Origin: Sandaracinaceae bacterium
GTDB taxonomy: Bacteria; Myxococcota_A; Polyangia; Polyangiales; Sandaracinaceae
Direction: 5' to 3'
DNA: 64,000 nucleotides
Assembly: GCA_044220955.1 (NCBI GenBank)
Contig: JBGAQA010000019.1
Span: forward strand, 26,618-90,617
Shown: positions 13,430-22,390 of the stretch, piece after piece
How positions within the stretch are numbered: position 1 is the first letter of the stretch
How the letters are laid out: every line of letters begins with the position of its first letter
The notes under the pieces: generated by a model
Databases searched by the model: none
What the model saw: only the letters and a program-made list of their open reading frames with translations
Told to the model about the DNA's origin: nothing
Made by a program: the position numbers and the translations under genes

Positions 13430-14643
13430 TCAGCCCGCGGGGCCCGATCGGAGCGCCTCGACGCCCGGGAGCCTGCGCCCCTCGATCAGCTCGAGCGACG
13501 CGCCGCCTCCCGTCGACACGTGGCCGAACGACGTCGCGAGCCCCGCCTCCTGCACGGCCGCGACGCTGTCGCCGCCGCCCACGACCGTGAACGCGCCCTT
13601 GAGCTCGGCCAGCGCCTTCGCGACGCCGTTCGTACCGCCCGCGAACGCCGCCTTCTCGAAGAGCCCCATCGGACCGTTCCAGAACACGCTGCGGGCGCCG
13701 CGAAAGCCGTCCGCGAAGTGCGCGACCGACGCCGGTCCGATGTCGAGCGCCATCATGTCCGCGGGGATCTCGCTCGCGAGCACGACCCGTCCCTCGGTCG
13801 CGTCGAGCGATGCGGCGACGACGACGTCGTTGGGCAGGAGCACGCGCACCTTCCGGTCCTCGGCCTTCGCGAGGATCGTGCGCGCGAGCGGGAGCTTGTC
13901 CTCCTCGACGAGGCTCTTGCCCACGCTCTTGCCCTGCGCGGCGAGGAACGTGTTGGCCATGGCGCCCCCGATCGCCAGCACGTCCACCTTCGCGAGCAGC
14001 GCCTCGAGCACCGCGATCTTGTCCGAGACCTTCGCGCCGCCGAGCACCGCGACGTAAGGACGCGGCGGATCGCCGCGGAGCTTGCCGAGCGCGTCGAGCT
14101 CCGCGCGCATGAGCATCCCCGCGCCGCGGTCGCGCACGAGCTTCGGCAGCGCGGCGACCGACGCATGCGCGCGGTGCGCGGCGCCGAACGCGTCGTTCAC
14201 GTAGACGTCGCAGAGCTTCGCGAGCTCGCGCGCGAAGCTCTCGTCGTTCTTCTCCTCCTCGGCGTGGAAGCGCAGGTTCTCGAGGCAGGCGATCTGCCCC
14301 TCACGCAGGTCGGTCACGACCTTCTTCGGCCCGTCGCCGACGCAGTCGTCCGCGAGCAGCACCTCGACGCTCATCAGCTCGGCGAGCCGGTGCGCCGCCG
14401 GCTCCATCGAGTACTTGGGCTCCGGCCCGCCCTTGGGGCGCCCGAGGTGCGACGCGATCACCACGCGCGCTCCCTGCTTCAGCGCGTGCTCCAGCGTGGG
14501 GATCGCGGCGCGGATGCGCGTGTCGTCCGCGACCTTTCCGCCCTCGAGCGGGACGTTGAAGTCCACCCGCACGAAGAGCCGCTTGCCCGCGAGCGGCAGC
14601 TCCTCGATCGAGAGGATTCCCTCGAGCATGGGGTTGGCGGACA

Positions 14644-14644
<1 letters not shown>
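13430..14644 (-). CDS. pgk: Phosphoglycerate kinase
   Basis: RVDFNVP, SHLGRP, LENLRF, GGAKVSDK, WNGPMG and STGGGASLE motifs; ATG at 14644 overlaps the gap stop. Confidence 0.97.
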
Positions 14645-15660
<1,016 letters not shown>

Positions 15661-15835
15661 GGAGCCTCCTACCGAGTGAGCGCGCGATCTAGCCGCGCCG
15701 AAAAGGCCCGGTCAAGACGCGCGGGCGCCTTGGACTGCTTCGTACGCACCGCCTGGCTCGACGCGAGCCCGGCCCTGGCAGGCGCCGGACGCAGCGCATC
15801 TGGCCCCCGGCCGCCGGATCGGATACGCACGGCGG

Positions 15836-17575
15836 GTGAGCGGGAAGCCGGCCGAGCGGAGCAGCGCGGGGATCGACGGCCCCGCTTCGCCGGGCACGCG
15901 AGCCGGGCGCCCCGCGCTCGGGAGCGAGCGGACCGCGCTCTGGCTCACAGCAGTGACGCTCGGGGTCGCGACGCTGGCGCTCGCGTGGCCGCTGCTCACG
16001 TGCGCGTGGCTGCCCTTCACGGACTACCCGCAGCACCTCGGGACGATCGCGGCGATCCACGGGCAGGGCAACCCGGACATCGCGCGGTACTTCGTCGTCG
16101 ACTACTTCCGCAGCCAGTACCTCGTCCTCTACGTGCTCGGCGACTGGCTCGCGTACCCGTTCGGCGTCGAGGGGGCCGGGCGCGCGACCGCGATCCTGTC
16201 GATCGCGACCCTGCCGCTCGCGCTCGCGCTCTACCTCCGCGAGCACGGGCGACCCGCGATCCTCGCCGCCGTCGCCGCCGGCATCGCGATGCACGTGTAC
16301 GTGTTCTGGGGGTTCCTGAACTACTCGGCCGGCATGGTGACGGGCCTGGTCGCGCTGGCCGCGATGACGCGCCTGCACCGCGCGCCGGACGGCAAGAGCG
16401 CGCTCCTGCTCGCCCTCGCGGCGCTCGGCTGCTTCTACTCGCACGCGCAGCTCTTCCTCTGGTTCGGCCTGGCGTGCGTCGTGCAGACGCTCTTCCTCGC
16501 GCCCGCCTCCGGCTGGAGGCACGCGTCCAAGGTCGCCGGCATCGGGGCGCTCGCCGCGCTGCCCTCGGTGCTCGCGGTCTACGCGTGGCTGCACTACTCG
16601 AACGTGGTCGAGCAGGGCGAGGCGGGGAGCCGCTCGGGCCTGGCCGCGCAGGTGAGCGACGCGCCGCCGAGCTTCTCGCCGATCGACGAGCTGCTGCGCG
16701 ACTGGCTCTCGCACTCGTTCTCGTCGTTCAACGACCACGCCGGCGAGCAGCTCGCGCTCGCGATGCTCTCGCTGGTCCTCGTGCTGGTCGCCCTGCGCGG
16801 CGCCCCCGCGCAGCGAGCCGCCGCGACGGCGCCGGAGCCCGCGCCGGCCGCAGCGTTCTCGTGGCGGCAGTTCTGGGCCTACCGGGCCCCCCTCGCGGCG
16901 CCGTACGCGTCGCACGCGCCGGAGGCGGTGGTCGCGCTGACCTTCGCGCTGTACCTCTTCGCGCCCTTCAGCTACCGCTACATCGAGCCCATCAACCACC
17001 GCTTCTTGCCGATGGCGATCGCGCTCCTGCCCATCCTCGGGCCGCTGGCGCTGTCGGCGCGCGCTCGCTGGCTCGTCGCGGTGCTCTCGTGCGCCCTCTC
17101 GGTGCAGGTCGCCTCGATCCACGTCGCGCACTTCGCGGAGACCGACGAGGAGATGGGCGACCTCGGCGCCGTCCTCGAGCAGACGCGGCCGGGCCACCGG
17201 CTGCTGGGGCTCGTCTACGATCGTCAGAGCGCCGTCGTGAGCTCCCCCATCTACCTGCACGCCCACCAGTACTACCAGGCGCGCGTCGGGGGCCTCGCGT
17301 GCTTCAGCTTCGTGGAGTTCCCGAAGTCGCCGGTGCTGTACCGCCCGGGGACCGAGCCGCCGCCCTTCCCGCCGCGCTTCGAGTGGATGCCAGAGAGCTA
17401 CGACCACCACGTGTACGGGGACGCGTTCGACTACTGGCTCGTGCGCCACGCGGCGCACCGGGCCATGCCGCCGCCCTTCCACGCGCCTTCACCGACCGGC
17501 GCCCCGACGCCCGTCCTGGTCTTCGAGGCCGACCACTGGAGCCTCTACGCGCGACCCGACCTGGCGACGGAATGA
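15836..17575 (+). CDS. Polytopic membrane protein, possibly GT-C glycosyltransferase-like (start uncertain)
   Basis: About 11-12 hydrophobic segments; PFTDYPQH loop after TM1; soluble C-terminal domain. Confidence 0.65.
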   Translation: MSGKPAERSSAGIDGPASPGTRAGRPALGSERTALWLTAVTLGVATLALAWPLLTCAWLPFTDYPQHLGTIAAIHGQGNPDIARYFVVDYFRSQYLVLYVLGDWLAYPFGVEGAGRATAILSIATLPLALALYLREHGRPAILAAVAAGIAMHVYVFWGFLNYSAGMVTGLVALAAMTRLHRAPDGKSALLLALAALGCFYSHAQLFLWFGLACVVQTLFLAPASGWRHASKVAGIGALAALPSVLAVYAWLHYSNVVEQGEAGSRSGLAAQVSDAPPSFSPIDELLRDWLSHSFSSFNDHAGEQLALAMLSLVLVLVALRGAPAQRAAATAPEPAPAAAFSWRQFWAYRAPLAAPYASHAPEAVVALTFALYLFAPFSYRYIEPINHRFLPMAIALLPILGPLALSARARWLVAVLSCALSVQVASIHVAHFAETDEEMGDLGAVLEQTRPGHRLLGLVYDRQSAVVSSPIYLHAHQYYQARVGGLACFSFVEFPKSPVLYRPGTEPPPFPPRFEWMPESYDHHVYGDAFDYWLVRHAAHRAMPPPFHAPSPTGAPTPVLVFEADHWSLYARPDLATE

Positions 17576-17600
17576 AAACGGCGGGCACGAGGCCCGCCGT
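17575..17600 (-). terminator. Intrinsic terminator between convergent genes
   Basis: Perfect 9-bp stem ACGGCGGGC/GCCCGCCGT with a 5-nt loop; reads into a T-tract on the minus strand. Confidence 0.7.
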
Positions 17601-17619
17601 CCCGACCTGGCGCGCGCGA

Positions 17620-17826
17620 TCACTCCGCGGCGACGTCCTCCGGAGCTCCCTCCGGAGCCACGCGGAGGTCGGTCGAGACCAGCGAGAGCATCTCGGTGGC
17701 GAACGCCAGGATGTCCGACCGGCTGTAGCCACTGCTCTTCAGCTCGCGGAACGTGGACTTCGCGAGGATGCGCAGCGCCCGAGGCTGGGACGGGGTGGAC
17801 TCTGCTGCGCTACGGGAATCACTCAT
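17620..17826 (-). CDS. Small (68 aa) hypothetical protein
   Basis: AGGAGG RBS upstream of ATG 17826; amphipathic helices (RILAKSTFRELKSSGYSRSDILAFATEMLSLV); own promoter and terminator. Confidence 0.75.
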   Translation of the reverse strand: MSDSRSAAESTPSQPRALRILAKSTFRELKSSGYSRSDILAFATEMLSLVSTDLRVAPEGAPEDVAAE

Positions 17827-17856
17827 CGATGGGCCTCCTGGGGACCTGCCGGTAGG

Positions 17857-17872
17857 AGCAGTGTATGTGCCA
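17857..17872 (-). promoter_or_regulatory. Sigma54 (-24/-12) promoter
   Basis: Minus strand reads TGGCACATACACTGCT, i.e. GG-N10-GC, matching TGGCAC-N5-TTGC with one mismatch. Confidence 0.75.
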
Positions 17873-18117
17873 GCGCCCGGCCGCTTCGATAAGCCACCTG
17901 GTTTCAGCCACTTGGGTCCATTCTCTGACCGGCCGACCGGCCGGTATTGCGATCTGTGCGCACGGGAATTCGCACCTGTGGCCTCGTGGCCGCGCAACCG
18001 GCTACGCACTTCTCCCCGGCGCGCAGGGCATGACGCGGCGATCACGCTCGACACCTGATCAGCAGAAATGCGTCGGCTCGCCGCTCCGGGGCCTCCGTGG
18101 CGAGTCTCCTGTCGTGA

Positions 18118-21100
18118 TCAGTCGTCGTGCGTCGTCTTGTCGACCTCGCCCGGCGCGTCGGTCGTCGGTGCCTCACCGTCGGGCGGCTCGGGGGTCTCGA
18201 CCATGTCGCTGTGCGAGGTCGTCAGGCGCGCCTCGACGTAGCGGCGCATCTCGGTGAGCGCCGTGCCGTACTCCCCCTCGTTGTCGTAGGCGCGCGCGAG
18301 GAAGTAGTGCACCTCGGGGTGCGTCGCGCAGTAGTCCTCCTCGGTGCGCGTGAGATCCTCGAGCGTCTCGGCCGCCGCGCGGAACTGGGAGAACGACCCC
18401 TCCGCGGCCTTGAACAGGAGGTAGCCGTAGAGGAAGCGCATCGAGGGTCCGCTGTGCAGCCGGAGCGGCGACGGGATCTCTTCCATCGCCGCGAGCGCCG
18501 CGCCGAACTGCCCGCGATCGACCGCCGCGCGCACCTCGTCGAAGCCGATGAGCAGCTGCTCGGCCGTGTCGTGATCCATCTCGGGCCCCGGGATCGGGGC
18601 TTCGATGCGGATCGGCGGCTCGTTCTCGTTGGTGAGCAGGTGCGTGAGCACCTCGAGCGCGACGGCCGTCTCGCGCGCCCGGCCGGCGTGCTGAGACTGC
18701 TCGATGAAGTCGGCCGCGAGCTCGTAGCGGCCGTGGCCGATGAGGGACATCGCGAGCTCGGCCAGGTTGCGGGCGCGCGTGTCCCCCTCGCCGAAGTTCT
18801 CGATCAGATCCTCGACGCGCCCGAAGGGCCACTCCGCCGAGTACACGGTCGTGAGATAGCCCTCGTAGCGCTCGAAGCCGATGAGGTCGCGCGGCGCGCC
18901 GAACTCGATGCGGGCGTTGTCGTCCGTGTTGATCGGGGCCGCGTAGCGCCGGCAGTCGTCCGCCTCGCACGTCCGGGTGTTCGTGCTCGCGAAGTCCGGC
19001 TCCCACGTGTCGCCGTGCCGCCGCTCCTCGATCTGCGTGTACGTCATCACCTCGTCGCGACTGGCGAGCAGCACGCGCGCGAAGACGTCGTAGGGCGTGT
19101 GCAGGTACGCACGCTCGAGCTGGTCGGGGACGCTCATCCGGCCCGGGACCGCCTCGAGCTGCCAGACGCGCTGCATGCGCTCGAGATCGAACGTGAGCGG
19201 CGCGTCCGAGCCGAGCACCACGGTGTCGCTCGAGCGATCGTCGGCCGCGAACACGGTGACGTAGCGATACACCTGCGCGAACGTGCGGAAGATGGTCTTG
19301 ATGTTCTCGGGGCTCATCTCGTAGAGCTGCACCCACTGGCAGTAGATGCCGCCGGGCCGCAGGCGCCGCTTCGCGATCCGGAAGTGATCGATCGTGAAGA
19401 GGTCGGAGACGCCCGTGATCCACGGGTTCGAGGGCTCGGAGATGATGACGTCGTACGAGCGGTCGGTGCTCGCGAGGTAGTTGCGGCCGTCGTCGTTGAT
19501 GACCGTGAGCCGGTCCATCTGCACGAAGGGGAAGTGGTCGAGCTGGTACTCGAGCAGGTTCACGTCCTCGAAGAAGCGCGCCGCCTCGGGGATCGATCGC
19601 TCGAGCTCGATGACGTCGACGGAGTGGACCGGGAACGAGAGCGTCGTGCCGACCGTGACGCCCGACCCGAAGCCGATGACGGCGACGTCGAGGTCGGTCG
19701 GCCCCTGCGGGTGCATCAGCATCGGGTACGCCGAGACCGTGATCTGCGTCGGCATGTCGTCGCCGTTGCTGGCGTCGACCTTGCCGTTGTTCTTGAGCGC
19801 GTAGTGGCGGCCCCAGCGCTCGACGGTGACCGTCGTGGACAGACCGTCGTGGTAGTAGACGAGGTCCGGCTGGCCCCAGCTCTGCGGGTCCAGCATGCCC
19901 TCGGCGAGCGAGACGCGGAACACGCCGAGCGTCATCTGCGTCTGGTTCCAGCGCAGGATCGAGTCCGGGCGCGCGGTCCCCAGCCAGAGCAGCGCGAGCA
20001 GCGCCGGGATCAGCGGCGAGAGCACGTAGACGGTGATCGCGTGCCACATCGGCAGCTCGCCCGCGCCCTTCGGCGGGGGCGTCGAGCGGTACGTCTTGGC
20101 GTCGTCGAGAAGGAGCCAGGTCACGCCCGTGACGAACGCGCCGAAGGCGATCGTGCCGAGCGTGGCGTTGAGGCGCGCCGAGGTGTCGATCGCCGAGAGC
20201 TGCGAGACGACGACCGCCGCGGCGATACCGAGCACGGGCACACCGATGCGGATCCCCTGGCTCACGCGCGGGCTCATCGCCCGCCCCTTCGCGCCGTCCT
20301 TGTCGGGCTCGGCCGCGCCCGCGATCAGCATGAAGAGGGCGAGCAGCATGTTCAAGACGATGCCCGCGTGCAGGGTCCGCTCCATGCCGATGGCCGGCAT
20401 CAGCACGAAGCCCGGCAGCCACGAGCCGACGATCGAGCCGAACGTGTTGCCCGTGTAGACGACGGACACGTCCTTCGCGATGCCCTGGCCGCCGGCGGTC
20501 CAGAGCCGGATCGTCAGGGGGAACATCGCGCCCATGCCGAGGGTCGCCGGCAGCGTGCAGAGGATCGCCGTGACGAGCATGAAGAACTGCACGGTGCCGA
20601 CGTGGCTCGGCAGGTCGCCGACGCCGACGACGAGCTGCGCGAACGCGTACGGGACCTCGTCCTGCCAGATGTACGACACCACGGTCGCGAGGCCGATGTA
20701 GAGCTGCACGACCGCGAGGAGCAGCACCGGCGAGCGGCGCAGGAGCAGCATGGCCGCCGTGAAGACGGCGACCGCGGCGACGAGCGACGCCACGATCTTC
20801 GGGAAGTAGCCCGAGTGGAAGTACGCGAGGTTCAGGCCCGCCGCCGTCAGCGGGACCAGCACCATCACGAGGCCCGGCGCGGTGATGTCGGCCGTCGCGC
20901 CCGGCTCGAGCACCTCGGCCGCGGCCTGCAGGCGCTGCGCGTACATGTACGTGCCGAGCAGCAGCACGAGCGGCAGGAGCGAGACCGCGAGCCAGGTGAA
21001 GACGCTCCCGGGGTGCGTGACGTCGTCGATGCCGAAGTCGACGGCCCAGGGCGTGTTGGCGAGGAGCGTGAGCGCGAAGGCGGTGACGGCGACGCCGATG

Positions 21101-22257
21101 AGCGGCCGCTGCGTATCCTTGCCGAGGAACGCGCTCATCGCGGCGGCGCCGGACGCGATGCCGATCAGGAAGGCCTCGAGCGTCAGCGCGAAGCCGTAGA
21201 TCGAGCTGCCGTTGCACATGGCGAGCGCGCGCGACCACACGACCTCGGAGCAGAGCGCCGCCATGCCGGACGCCGCGAAGCAGACGAAGGCCATTCGTCG
21301 CGCGATCGGCGGCACCCAGATGTCGCCGGTCGGCGCCTTGCTCGGGGCGGCAGCCTCGCCAGTCCCGGGATCGGCGAACGGGTTGGGCGCCGTCGTGTCG
21401 GGCGTCGCCTCCGCCTCGACGGCCTTGCGGGCGGCCTTCTTGCCGCTCTTCTTGGTCTTGGCGCGGGCGCTCTTGCTCTCGGGCTCTCCCTCGGGAGGGG
21501 GCGCGGCCTGCGCCTCGGCGACGGCGGCCGCCGCGCTCGCCACGTCCGTCGGCGCGTCCAGCACTTCCTTGCCCGGCAGCACCTCGAGCTTCACCCCGCT
21601 GCCCCACTTGCTGCCGATCAGCTGCTCGCGGAGGCCGAAGATCATCAGGGCGAGCGAGAGGTTCATCGAGCACGCGACGACGTTGGTGATCGAGAGCCCG
21701 ACGTTCGGGAGCAGCAAGAACGCCGAGAGCACGGGGCCGGTGGCGGCGCCGAACGTGTTGAGCGCGTAGAGCACGCCCACGTTCCGGCTCGCGGTCTCGG
21801 AGTCGCTCTCGTGGCTCACGAAGTGCCGCGTCAAGAGCGGCAAGGTCGAGCCCATCAGCGTCGTGGGCACGATGAGGATCGGCACGACGCAGAGGAAGCG
21901 CGCGATCATGAAGATGCTCGAGTCGGCGCCGTACGTCGTGCGCAGCCACGCGTTGACCGACGAGAGCCAGCCGTCCGACTGGACCATGAAGGGGATCAGC
22001 AGGCCCCACACCGCCACGCCGAGCTCGGCGATCGCGTAGGTGAAGATCGGGTGCTTGATGCGGTTGGCGATCCGCCCGGAGAGCCAGGTCCCCAGGCCGA
22101 GGCCGGCCATGAACACCGTGAGCACCGTGCTGATCGCGACCGAAGTCGCGCCGAACACGTGGTGCAGCATGCGCGTCCAGATCGTCTGGAAGATCAGCGA
22201 GGAGGCCCCCGAGAGGAAGAACGCCAGGTAGGGGGCGAAGCGCATCAGCTTTTTCAC
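18118..22257 (-). CDS. Large fused membrane (MFS-like)/spermidine synthase-like SAM-dependent protein with C-terminal TPR-like region
   Basis: FFLSGASSLIFQTIW and GVLYALNTFGA membrane repeats; NGKVDAS, VIGFGSGVT, DDGRNYL and DVIISEPSNP motifs; GTG start with GGAG RBS. Confidence 0.85.
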   Translation of the reverse strand: MKKLMRFAPYLAFFLSGASSLIFQTIWTRMLHHVFGATSVAISTVLTVFMAGLGLGTWLSGRIANRIKHPIFTYAIAELGVAVWGLLIPFMVQSDGWLSSVNAWLRTTYGADSSIFMIARFLCVVPILIVPTTLMGSTLPLLTRHFVSHESDSETASRNVGVLYALNTFGAATGPVLSAFLLLPNVGLSITNVVACSMNLSLALMIFGLREQLIGSKWGSGVKLEVLPGKEVLDAPTDVASAAAAVAEAQAAPPPEGEPESKSARAKTKKSGKKAARKAVEAEATPDTTAPNPFADPGTGEAAAPSKAPTGDIWVPPIARRMAFVCFAASGMAALCSEVVWSRALAMCNGSSIYGFALTLEAFLIGIASGAAAMSAFLGKDTQRPLIGVAVTAFALTLLANTPWAVDFGIDDVTHPGSVFTWLAVSLLPLVLLLGTYMYAQRLQAAAEVLEPGATADITAPGLVMVLVPLTAAGLNLAYFHSGYFPKIVASLVAAVAVFTAAMLLLRRSPVLLLAVVQLYIGLATVVSYIWQDEVPYAFAQLVVGVGDLPSHVGTVQFFMLVTAILCTLPATLGMGAMFPLTIRLWTAGGQGIAKDVSVVYTGNTFGSIVGSWLPGFVLMPAIGMERTLHAGIVLNMLLALFMLIAGAAEPDKDGAKGRAMSPRVSQGIRIGVPVLGIAAAVVVSQLSAIDTSARLNATLGTIAFGAFVTGVTWLLLDDAKTYRSTPPPKGAGELPMWHAITVYVLSPLIPALLALLWLGTARPDSILRWNQTQMTLGVFRVSLAEGMLDPQSWGQPDLVYYHDGLSTTVTVERWGRHYALKNNGKVDASNGDDMPTQITVSAYPMLMHPQGPTDLDVAVIGFGSGVTVGTTLSFPVHSVDVIELERSIPEAARFFEDVNLLEYQLDHFPFVQMDRLTVINDDGRNYLASTDRSYDVIISEPSNPWITGVSDLFTIDHFRIAKRRLRPGGIYCQWVQLYEMSPENIKTIFRTFAQVYRYVTVFAADDRSSDTVVLGSDAPLTFDLERMQRVWQLEAVPGRMSVPDQLERAYLHTPYDVFARVLLASRDEVMTYTQIEERRHGDTWEPDFASTNTRTCEADDCRRYAAPINTDDNARIEFGAPRDLIGFERYEGYLTTVYSAEWPFGRVEDLIENFGEGDTRARNLAELAMSLIGHGRYELAADFIEQSQHAGRARETAVALEVLTHLLTNENEPPIRIEAPIPGPEMDHDTAEQLLIGFDEVRAAVDRGQFGAALAAMEEIPSPLRLHSGPSMRFLYGYLLFKAAEGSFSQFRAAAETLEDLTRTEEDYCATHPEVHYFLARAYDNEGEYGTALTEMRRYVEARLTTSHSDMVETPEPPDGEAPTTDAPGEVDKTTHDD

Positions 22258-22390
22258 GGTCTTCTCCGGGCCTGACGAAAAGGCGCGCGAGTATAGGAGG
22301 GAACGCGGAAATGTCGCGCGGCGCAGCGCGCGCTCGCCGCGTCCTGCCCTCGCGGAGCCGGCACGGCCGGGCCCGCGAGCACGCCGCGGA

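Noticed and set aside
17880..18117. Structured ncRNA or riboswitch in the long intergenic region
   Set aside because: No recognisable family motif; adequately explained as a sigma54 enhancer region, though a covariance search was not possible
18127..22275. 1382-aa plus-strand ORF, and similar long antisense or alternate-frame ORFs throughout the window
   Set aside because: Shadow ORFs caused by high GC and codon bias of the real genes; Arg/Ala/Gly-rich with no motifs
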